Positions 56,504 to 64,000 of a stretch of 64,000 bases of DNA are shown in pieces. Numbering within the stretch: the first letter of the stretch is position 1; each line of letters opens with the position of its first letter. The notes under the pieces were generated by a model. That model saw only the letters and a list, made by a program, of their open reading frames with translations. It ran no database searches and had not been told where the DNA came from. The translations under genes and the position numbers were made by a program. This DNA is from an uncultured Pseudomonadota bacterium. Lineage in GTDB: Bacteria > Bdellovibrionota_B > Oligoflexia > Oligoflexales > CAIYRB01. The DNA is taken from NCBI GenBank assembly GCA_903915625.1, contig CAIWTN010000090.1, positions 1,915-65,914 of the forward strand, given 5' to 3'.

Positions 56504-57976
56504 TTAGAAATATTTTTTGCGTTTACTGGATGGTAAAATATGTAACTGTTCCCTGTATTTAGCAACAGTTCGACGAGCCAGCTGAATGCCCTTTTCCTCG
56601 AGAATCTCGACGATTCGCTGGTCAGAAAGTGGCCGTTTGACGTCCTCGACTTTTACTAGGTCGGAGATCATTCGTTTTACCGATTCGCTAGCCATATCTT
56701 GACCGTCAGACCGTGTCACGGAGCTATTAAAGAAGTACTTGAGCTCGAAGACACCGCGAGGTGTGTGTACAAACTTGTTATTCGTGACACGACTGATCGT
56801 CGATTCATGCATGCTGATATCCTCAGCCACATCTTTGAGGATCATCGGCTTCAAATATTCGACGCCGTTATCGAAAAATTCGCGCTGGCGCTTTACGATA
56901 CTCTCCGTCACCCGATAGATCGTGCGCTGGCGCTGCCTAATAGACTTGATCAGCCACTCCGCCGCTTTCATTTTTTCCGCGACATAGTTCTTCTCATCGC
57001 CTTTTGGTTTCTTATCGCTAACCATATTCGAGTAGAAGTCGCTCACTCGTAAACGCGGCAGGCCTTCCTCATTTAGATTCACGGCCCACTCTTCGCCTAG
57101 CTTAAATACGTAGACGTCGGGAGTGATGTACTGCGCCTCAATAGTCCCAAACTGGCGACCCGGAACAGGCTCCAAGTCGGCGATAATATGGACGTTATCC
57201 AGAACCTCTTCTAGGCTAATACGCATCGATTTCGCAATCGCAGCGAAATTGCGATTCTCTAGTTCTTTTAGATGGTTCTCGACAATGTTCTCTACGACTC
57301 CGTTTTTCAACCGAGCGTTGCGAAGTTGTAGGTGCAGACATTCTTTTAAGTCTCGAGCACACACACCGCTTGGATCCAATCGTTGTATCGAGTCTAAAAT
57401 ATCTTCAACCTGATCCTTATCAAAACCTTCGCTCTCAACCAGTTCCTCTACCGAGATCGTCAGATATCCGCGGTCATCGACATTGCCAATCAATTGAGTC
57501 GCGATTTTCAATTCAGCGTCGTCAAATTCGAGTTCACCAATTTGTGAAAACAAATGGTCTTGAAGAGTACCTACTTTGGAAACCATGTTTTCATAGTTGG
57601 GATGCTCATCATCGCTGGCCTTTTTAGCTGCCGTAGTCGATGCCGGGGCTTGCTCCTGGTAGCGATTAAAAGCCTCCCAGTCAAGGTCGCCCGTCTCTTT
57701 ATCATTGCCCGTCGAATCAACGAGGCTACCCGCTTGTTGAATCGATTCTGAGACGACTTGCTCTTCGGTTCGCTCACGCTCACGCTCGACCTGTGCGGCC
57801 TCTTCCGGACTCTCCGGCATGTCTTCTTCAAGACACGGGTTTTCCGCGACTTGAGTAGCCACAAATTGCTCAAGCTCTTGCCGCGATAACTGCAAAAGCT
57901 TGATCGCCTGCTGCAGCTGCGGGGTCATCAGCAACTGCTGAGTTAATTTGAGACTCTGCTTCAGTTCGAAAGCCAT
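56504..57976 (-). CDS. rpoN: RNA polymerase sigma-54 factor
   Basis: 490 aa. N-terminal LKQSLKLTQQLLMTPQLQQAIKLLQLS, an acidic region, and the C-terminal RpoN box ARRTVAKYRE. Confidence 0.96.
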   Translation of the reverse strand: MAFELKQSLKLTQQLLMTPQLQQAIKLLQLSRQELEQFVATQVAENPCLEEDMPESPEEAAQVERERERTEEQVVSESIQQAGSLVDSTGNDKETGDLDWEAFNRYQEQAPASTTAAKKASDDEHPNYENMVSKVGTLQDHLFSQIGELEFDDAELKIATQLIGNVDDRGYLTISVEELVESEGFDKDQVEDILDSIQRLDPSGVCARDLKECLHLQLRNARLKNGVVENIVENHLKELENRNFAAIAKSMRISLEEVLDNVHIIADLEPVPGRQFGTIEAQYITPDVYVFKLGEEWAVNLNEEGLPRLRVSDFYSNMVSDKKPKGDEKNYVAEKMKAAEWLIKSIRQRQRTIYRVTESIVKRQREFFDNGVEYLKPMILKDVAEDISMHESTISRVTNNKFVHTPRGVFELKYFFNSSVTRSDGQDMASESVKRMISDLVKVEDVKRPLSDQRIVEILEEKGIQLARRTVAKYREQLHILPSSKRKKYF

Positions 57977-58119
57977 GTTGGTCCTGGCCTAGAGTTTGCG
58001 CGAAAGTCGATCTACCATGCTTTTATAATAAGGTCTGATTGGGTGGCTATGCAAAAAAAATTCCAACTCGCCATTTATTGCGAAATTCTTTTAAGCGTTC
58101 AATGAGACAGAGGTCTCAC

Positions 58120-58872
58120 TTAGAATTTGAAGTGTTCGCCAAGATAAGTTTCTCTAACGACCCTATTTGCTGCGACCTCATCCGGCAATCCATGGGCAAT
58201 TATCTCCCCCCCTGACAGGATATAAGCCCGATCACAACTTCCAAGAGTCTCACGGACATTGTGATCAGTTATTAAGACGCCCAGCCCTTCATTGCGAAGG
58301 TTACCAATGATCCCTTGGATTTCTTGCACGGTTACGGGATCAATCCCGGCGAATGGCTCATCTAAAAGTAAAAACTTCGGCTTTATGATAAGTGCTCTCG
58401 CGATCTCAACCCGCCGCCGCTCACCGCCCGATAAAGCTGCGCCCATTGATTTTGCTATGTGCCGAATCTGAAATTTGCCAAGCAGCTCATCCAAAAAATC
58501 AGCTCGATCTTGCCTCGGCACCTGCGAGACTTCCATGACCGCACGCAAATTGTTTTCTACCGTCATTTTGCGAAAAATGGACATATTTTGAGGCAGATAG
58601 CTTATGCCCTTACGGGCCCGAATGTGCATCGGCAGGTGAGTGATTTCCTCATCACCCATATAGACTTTGCCGTTAGTTGGATAAAGTAATCCAACAACCA
58701 TATAAAAACTGGTCGTTTTACCAGCTCCATTCGGACCTAAAAGGCCCACAACTTCATTTTGCTTCACATTAAAAGACACTGATTTAACGACTTGCCGTTG
58801 TTTAAACCACCGCTCAAGATTCTCTGCCCTGAGCTCCGAATGAACACTCGGATCACTTGGAGTAATAGTCAC
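58120..58872 (-). CDS. lptB: LPS export ABC transporter ATP-binding protein
   Basis: GLLGPNGAGKTT, LSGGERRRVEIARAL and LLLDEPFAGIDP, in the lptC-lptA-lptB-rpoN context. Confidence 0.95.
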   Translation of the reverse strand: MTITPSDPSVHSELRAENLERWFKQRQVVKSVSFNVKQNEVVGLLGPNGAGKTTSFYMVVGLLYPTNGKVYMGDEEITHLPMHIRARKGISYLPQNMSIFRKMTVENNLRAVMEVSQVPRQDRADFLDELLGKFQIRHIAKSMGAALSGGERRRVEIARALIIKPKFLLLDEPFAGIDPVTVQEIQGIIGNLRNEGLGVLITDHNVRETLGSCDRAYILSGGEIIAHGLPDEVAANRVVRETYLGEHFKF

Positions 58873-59642
58873 TTTTTCTTCTCCGCCGCCTTTTTTTGAG
58901 TCTTCCCGGCTTCCATCGATTTGCCGTCAGACTGCACCTCACCCGCAACACGATCGGCACGAATCCACCCCGTGCCCATTTCATAGGTAATTTTGCGGCT
59001 GCGGATCACCGAATCATCGCCACGCCATAATTTAGCGTTGCCATCAAGCACCACCGTTCTCTCGCTATTCAAAAATACTGCTTTGTCCGCGAGGGCTCGG
59101 AATTTTTCACCGCTGTTCTGATCGATGCCATTGATACGAACTCGACCCTGAGCCAAAACTTTGATGACCTCATGAGAAGCCTCGTCAAAAAACACCTGTG
59201 CAACGTCACTCTCGAGCTTCATGTCTTCCTGAGTGACGATGACTTGTTGTACGAGCTCCACCATACCTTTTTCGCGCAGCCCCTTCAGGCCGTTGCTTTC
59301 AAAGTGTACTGGCGCTTTAGCGACTGATTTCTTACCGACAGCCTCACCCAGTTTACTGGATTTTTCCGGACTCTTTGGAGGAATCACTGTCGTCGTATTC
59401 GAGGAGCGAGTGTCTTTATTGTGAGGCGCCGGACTTTTTAAAGGCTTCGCATCATCTTTTTTTCCCACCGCCTGCTCTCGCTCCGTGGACGCGGCTTCTA
59501 CCTCGGTTGATTGAGGGGTTTTAGACGGCGGCGGTGTGTTTTCCTCATCAACAATATCGGCGTATGCCGGCGATGACAGAGTGCCAACTAAAGTTACGAG
59601 AATTCCGAGAATTAATGCTCTAGTTTTCTGACTTATCAACAC
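58869..59642 (-). CDS. lptA: LptA (OstA-domain) periplasmic LPS transport protein with an extended low-complexity N-terminus
   Basis: Signal peptide, a Pro/Ser/Lys-rich tract of about 90 aa, then an OstA-like beta-jellyroll region. Positioned between lptC and lptB with overlaps on both sides. Confidence 0.65.
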   Translation of the reverse strand: MLISQKTRALILGILVTLVGTLSSPAYADIVDEENTPPPSKTPQSTEVEAASTEREQAVGKKDDAKPLKSPAPHNKDTRSSNTTTVIPPKSPEKSSKLGEAVGKKSVAKAPVHFESNGLKGLREKGMVELVQQVIVTQEDMKLESDVAQVFFDEASHEVIKVLAQGRVRINGIDQNSGEKFRALADKAVFLNSERTVVLDGNAKLWRGDDSVIRSRKITYEMGTGWIRADRVAGEVQSDGKSMEAGKTQKKAAEKKK

Positions 59643-60222
59643 TCACCTCACCTTTCACCTTCCCGGTCATATTGAGAATTTGAGTTGAGAGGTTATAAAC
59701 AAAACCAGAGTCTCCCACAAATACGCGGCCGGGACCCTCTACTCTCACCGGGTGGCTCGAGTGAACTATCTTATCCTCGTTTACGTACTCAGCATAATCT
59801 GTGGTTAACAAATGATCCTTAATTTTGACCTCAACAAAGCCGGTAAGCTCAGCTCTCTCGAGTTCGTTTGCCTGTGTGGGGTCGAGCATTTTCGTGAGGC
59901 TACTAGGCTTAAAGTAAGCGCTGGCTGATTCCGCGCCAATCTCTTCGCGCTCGCCACCTTCGGTTCGACGCTCCCCACTCACTTCACCTTCAAGGACTAC
60001 GACATTGGGCTCGAAAAACTCGGCCAAGTGGGCATTAAGCCGGGCTTTGAGTGTATCGCCTTCGTAACGATAGGCGACAAAATCCTCTAGAACCGCTCGC
60101 GGCTCCCGCACGGAGGCCTTATTAATACTTTCCTTAAGCGATCTGGTCTCATGGGTGGCAAAAATATAGATGGCTAGCAGCAAGCTAAGGACGAATCCAA
60201 TGATGACCAACTTTTTGCCCAA
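59620..60222 (-). CDS. lptC: LptC-like membrane-anchored LPS export protein
   Basis: 200 aa. N-terminal TM helix LVIIGFVLSLLLAIYIF. Position upstream of lptA. Confidence 0.6.
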   Translation of the reverse strand: MGKKLVIIGFVLSLLLAIYIFATHETRSLKESINKASVREPRAVLEDFVAYRYEGDTLKARLNAHLAEFFEPNVVVLEGEVSGERRTEGGEREEIGAESASAYFKPSSLTKMLDPTQANELERAELTGFVEVKIKDHLLTTDYAEYVNEDKIVHSSHPVRVEGPGRVFVGDSGFVYNLSTQILNMTGKVKGEVSVDKSEN

Positions 60223-60302
60223 GTACCGACCCCTCGCGGCAGCAGCAGTCGACCCATGCCACTTTAGCTGTAAAATCTCAATTCTATCAGCTTACTGGAT
60301 AG

Positions 60303-61304
60303 TCAAAGTATTTTCGCTGTCAAAAGATCCTGTAGCCGGACCAATCCGACCAGGGCTCCCTCAGGCTGCTGGCTCAATACAAAAAGTCGGCTAATTTTAT
60401 AAGTGTTCATCATTGCTACTGCGTCAATAGCCAAAGCCCTATCACTTATAGTCTTGGGTGCCGGTGACATCAGCTCACGCGCGTTGCATTGCAATGCTGC
60501 CGCATCCAGCTTTAGGAGAGCTCGTCGTAGATCCCCGTCGGAAATAGCTCCAACCAGGCGGTCCGCTCCATCGACGACGGCAACAATCCCGACATTGTCT
60601 TGGGTCACACACTCTAATACGCGGTGGAAATCCGCCGCCTCGTCAACTCTTGGCAGCATCGAGACTGCATAAAGGTGATCGCGCACCAATGACAGACGTC
60701 GCCCAAGACTTCCGCCCGGATGCAGACTTGCGAAGTCTTGGGGCGTAAACCCCCTGGCCTTCATCACAGTCACCGCCAACGCATCTCCGAGCGCCATGGC
60801 TACCGTGGACGAAGACGTGGGCGCTAGGTTAAGTGGATCAGCTTCTCGCGCAACCGATGCATCGATTAAATAATTTGCTAATTGGCCCAGACTCGAATCA
60901 GGGCGGCCCGTCAGTGCGATGATAGGAACGCCGATGCGTCGTGCAAACCGAGCAACCTCAAGGACCTCATGAGTTTCGCCCCCGTAAGCTATGGCAAGTA
61001 AACAGTCTCCAGCCTGGAATACGCCAAAGTCACCATGCAATGCTTCTGATGGATGCAGAAACATCGCGGAGGTCCCCGTCGAGGACAGAGTCGCTGCGAC
61101 CTTCCGAGCAACATGACCGGACTTGCCGAGTCCGGTGACGATCACCTTTCCCTTGCTCGCTAGAATCACCTGCGACGCCGCGACGAAACTATCGCCAATG
61201 CGCTGTGCCGCGACCTTGAGCGCATCCGCCTCGGCCAATAAAACCGCTTGGGCCCAGGCCTTCATGTCATTGATTTGGATTTGCAAATCAGCGAAATTAC
61301 TCAT
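60303..61304 (-). CDS. kdsD: Arabinose-5-phosphate isomerase (SIS + tandem CBS)
   Basis: [26 protein letters not shown], plus a C-terminal CBS pair. I prefer ATG 61304, which overlaps the pyrG stop (ATGA), over TTG 61418. Confidence 0.9.
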   Translation of the reverse strand: MSNFADLQIQINDMKAWAQAVLLAEADALKVAAQRIGDSFVAASQVILASKGKVIVTGLGKSGHVARKVAATLSSTGTSAMFLHPSEALHGDFGVFQAGDCLLAIAYGGETHEVLEVARFARRIGVPIIALTGRPDSSLGQLANYLIDASVAREADPLNLAPTSSSTVAMALGDALAVTVMKARGFTPQDFASLHPGGSLGRRLSLVRDHLYAVSMLPRVDEAADFHRVLECVTQDNVGIVAVVDGADRLVGAISDGDLRRALLKLDAAALQCNARELMSPAPKTISDRALAIDAVAMMNTYKISRLFVLSQQPEGALVGLVRLQDLLTAKIL

Positions 61305-62923
61305 GTGAAGCGTTTCTGCTGAAAGTTCAGTGAAGCTCGCACCAGTTCCCGAAATAGTGGGTGCGGACTCATCGGTTTGCTTTTCAATTCGGGATGAAAC
61401 TGACATGACACAAACCAAGGATGGTCAGTAAGCTCCATCACCTCTACTAGGCTGCCATCTGGAGACAAACCGCTAAAGACAACGCCCTGTTCGGCAAAAG
61501 CTGCGCGGTAGTCGTTGTTAAACTCAAAGCGATGACGATGGCGTTCCGAAACGACCTCGTCATTATATGCCTGCCTAGCTTTTGAATTCGCCTTAAGCAC
61601 ACAAGGGTAGCCACCAAGACGCATGGTTCCGCCCTTTTTGGTCACGGACTTTTGATCTTCCATAATGTGGATGATCAAATCTTTCGACTTCGGATCGAAC
61701 TCCTGACTATTGGCGTTTGTTAGACCTAGCTTATTTCTCGCAAACTCAATGGCCGCTAATTGCATCCCCAAACAGATACCGAAGAACGGCTTATTACTTC
61801 TTCTCAGATAATGGATCGCGGCCATTTTACCTTCTACGCCACGTTCACCAAAACCACCTGGTACAACAACCCCATCACAGCTATCGAGTAGATCTGCGAC
61901 ATTGCTTTCATTCACCTCGGAGGCGTCAAATAAAGCTATTTCGACCTTCGCGTGATTGAAAATACCCGCATGAACTAGAGATTCCGTAATCGACTTATAA
62001 GAATCCCAAACATTTACGTATTTACCAACAATACCGATCTTTACCGAATGACGGGGATGATCGAGAGTGTCGACTATCGCATGCCACTGGGACAGGTTGG
62101 GGGCGCCAGTCCAAATATTCAGGAGGTCGACAACCACTTGGTCGAATCCCTGATCGTGCAAAATAACTGGTAACTTATAAATATTATCAACGTCCTGCGC
62201 TTCAAATACGCATTCTGGTTTAACGTTGCAAAATAGGGCGATTTTTCGTTTAAGATCCTTCGAAATTGGCTGGTCTGACCTGCACACTAGAAGATTTGGC
62301 TGAATACCTATTTGCCGGAGTTCCTTGACCGAGTGCTGGGTTGGCTTGGTCTTCAACTCCCGAGCAGCTTTAATGTAGGGAACCAACGTCAAATGTATAT
62401 AGAGCACATTCTCGTCGCCTAAATCGTAGCGGATCTGACGAATGGCCTCTAAGAAGGGCAACCCCTCGATATCGCCCACCGTGCCACCGATCTCGACGAT
62501 AGCGATATCGGCATCGGCAGCGACCTTATAGATGTTCTCTTTAATCTGGTCGGTGATATGAGGAATGACTTGTACCGTTCCCCCCAAATAATCTCCGCGG
62601 CGCTCCTTGCCAAGTACCGCATCGTAGACCTGCCCAGCCGAGAAACTGTTCTGCCTCGTCAAAATCGCCGAGGTGAAACGCTCGTAATGACCGATGTCTA
62701 AGTCTGTCTCGGCGCCGTCCTCGGTCACAAACACCTCCCCATGCTGGAAGGGGTTCATCGTACCTGGGTCGACGTTGATATAGGGGTCAGCCTTCATTAG
62801 GGTGACCTTAAGTCCACGGGTCTCTAATAAAGCGCCGCAACTTGCCGCAACAATACCCTTACCTAACGACGACACCACGCCACCCGTAACAAAAATAAAC
62901 TTGGTCCGATTCCGGCTTTTCAT
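61301..62923 (-). CDS. pyrG: CTP synthase
   Basis: [16 protein letters not shown] and glutaminase GICLGMQ. I prefer ATG 62923 (GAGG SD) over the ORF-track start at 63028. Confidence 0.95.
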   Translation of the reverse strand: MKSRNRTKFIFVTGGVVSSLGKGIVAASCGALLETRGLKVTLMKADPYINVDPGTMNPFQHGEVFVTEDGAETDLDIGHYERFTSAILTRQNSFSAGQVYDAVLGKERRGDYLGGTVQVIPHITDQIKENIYKVAADADIAIVEIGGTVGDIEGLPFLEAIRQIRYDLGDENVLYIHLTLVPYIKAARELKTKPTQHSVKELRQIGIQPNLLVCRSDQPISKDLKRKIALFCNVKPECVFEAQDVDNIYKLPVILHDQGFDQVVVDLLNIWTGAPNLSQWHAIVDTLDHPRHSVKIGIVGKYVNVWDSYKSITESLVHAGIFNHAKVEIALFDASEVNESNVADLLDSCDGVVVPGGFGERGVEGKMAAIHYLRRSNKPFFGICLGMQLAAIEFARNKLGLTNANSQEFDPKSKDLIIHIMEDQKSVTKKGGTMRLGGYPCVLKANSKARQAYNDEVVSERHRHRFEFNNDYRAAFAEQGVVFSGLSPDGSLVEVMELTDHPWFVSCQFHPELKSKPMSPHPLFRELVRASLNFQQKRFT

Positions 62924-63163
62924 CAACGCCTCAAAACTGGTTTTGTTAAGGATATCAGGTGGTTGCAAGCATAGTTTTGCTATTGCTGGACGGATCTTGA
63001 TCCTAGTGCCGGGTCGGCCGTTGGTCAAGAACGAAAGCGTGGTAATCCGGCGATATTACCCACGGGATCCGCTGCTTGAACCGCGCAGGTCTTTGCCATG
63101 ATTCTACCTTGCCAGCCCATAGTCTGTTAAAATCAATAACAATCCACCAATCGCAGGCCTTAG

Positions 63164-64000
63164 ATGAATCATCGCAGCTATTCGAGCTTAGTTTTTCGGC
63201 GCCAGCGCAGTTTAGCTTTGGCAGCACTGCCGTTATTCACAGCTTGCCATTTAGTTAAGACGCGAATCTCCGATCAACGACCCGCCGCCCAAAATAGCAC
63301 CCTAGTCAGCAATAGTATCTTCATCGACCGAGTCGGCAACGGCGATACGGCCAAGGTGCAGTTCAAAACTAACGCTAATGCTATCTGCCGAATTTCGATT
63401 TATTCGCAGGACCCTAATAAAACACCAAACGAAGCCAACCCTATGGTCCTGCCATGCTCTAATCCTGAGCAGCCTCGCCAAATCTTTCTCGAGAGGATCA
63501 GTGGACTCCGTCAAGACACCCTTTACTATCTGAATATTTATACCTGGATCCCGCCACAGACAGAGAAAGAGGCAGTACCGGTAAAGGTACGAGAGACGGC
63601 CGATATACCAAGCATGATAAACGGAGATGCCAACGCGACCTTCCGCGACCTTTTGATCGCTCGCTTAGATATACCCCTAATGACCGCCGAGGTGTTTCAC
63701 CACAAATCCTCTGAGCCTATTGCTGCTGCTACGGTGAAGACGCAGCTGATGCAGCCCTTAGGCTGTCACCAAGGTCTTCCAAACCTACCGACGAATTTCC
63801 GCTCTGCCGATCCCGACATTGGGATTCAAAACCTATCCACGCGTGATTTTGCGGCCAGTAATGCAAGAACACATCCCGAGAATCCGGGACGATTACAGCT
63901 AATTTACCCGACTATGAACAACGGTATGAATCAGTGGACGTTAATCTATCAATCCGCCGGCAGAGATGTCTCTGTTCCGATCCAACCAGTAAACCAACTA
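63164..64000 (+). CDS. Hypothetical lipoprotein; 3' end runs off the right window edge
   Basis: Absent from the ORF track because it is open at the edge. My own translation from ATG 63164 (in-frame TAG at 63161) reads MNHRSYSSLVFRRQRSLALAALPLFTAC.... The frame stays open for 279 codons to position 64000. No family recognised. Confidence 0.5.
   Translation, partial: MNHRSYSSLVFRRQRSLALAALPLFTACHLVKTRISDQRPAAQNSTLVSNSIFIDRVGNGDTAKVQFKTNANAICRISIYSQDPNKTPNEANPMVLPCSNPEQPRQIFLERISGLRQDTLYYLNIYTWIPPQTEKEAVPVKVRETADIPSMINGDANATFRDLLIARLDIPLMTAEVFHHKSSEPIAAATVKTQLMQPLGCHQGLPNLPTNFRSADPDIGIQNLSTRDFAASNARTHPENPGRLQLIYPTMNNGMNQWTLIYQSAGRDVSVPIQPVNQL

Noticed and set aside
63302-63514. 70-aa minus-strand ORF listed in the ORF track
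   Set aside because: It lies entirely antisense within a 279-codon open frame that has a lipoprotein signal. It has no SD.
1-64000. CRISPR arrays, IS elements, prophage genes, toxin-antitoxin pairs and known defence systems
   Set aside because: I scanned the ORF translations and intergenic regions by eye. I saw no repeat-spacer arrays, transposase, integrase or phage structural motifs, and no defence-associated domain combinations.

Overview
This 64-kb window looks like core chromosome from a moderately GC-rich, LPS-bearing, flagellated Gram-negative bacterium. The gene content (lptC-lptA-lptB/kdsD, rpoN, three flagellin paralogues, cdaA-cdaR-glmM) is reminiscent of Bdellovibrionota or former Deltaproteobacteria, but that is inference only. 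Coding is dense: about 65 protein genes and 4 tRNAs, with many 4-nt ATGA couplings and several convergent 3' overlaps. Most genes are housekeeping. They include ppk2, mutM, trpD-trpC, purM, pyrB, nadA, tilS-ftsH-folP-cdaA-cdaR-glmM-pdxJ-tsaE, aguA-aguB, htpX, mdh, ftsK, gcvT-gcvH-gcvP and pyrG-kdsD-lptC-lptA-lptB-rpoN-rapZ. I saw no rRNA, CRISPR array, transposase, integrase, prophage or recognisable defence genes, so I cannot point to a clear-cut novel multi-gene system. The less ordinary content falls into seven groups. (1) A perfect sigma-54 promoter with upstream direct repeats drives a minimal Fis-type HTH gene, next to an inverted DnaA-box pair and tRNA-Ile. (2) A divergent cluster of uncharacterised genes at 42.9-45.7 kb includes an apparently catalytically dead MBL/beta-CASP homologue and a membrane zinc-ribbon protein. 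(3) A three-gene unit encodes two small OMP-like proteins plus a minimal matrixin-type metzincin with a Cys-containing C-terminal sorting-like signal. (4) A bacterial SET-domain methyltransferase sits beside an unknown lipoprotein just after tRNA-Arg. (5) There is a SWIM-SNF2 helicase with a palindromic operator upstream. (6) There is an orphan PocR-domain sigma-54 activator. (7) Each flagellin gene has a sigma-28-like promoter, and two also have a 5'-UTR hairpin. Coordinates of non-ORF features were counted by hand against ORF-track anchors and could be off by a base or so. All functional calls rest on motif recognition by eye, not on database searches.
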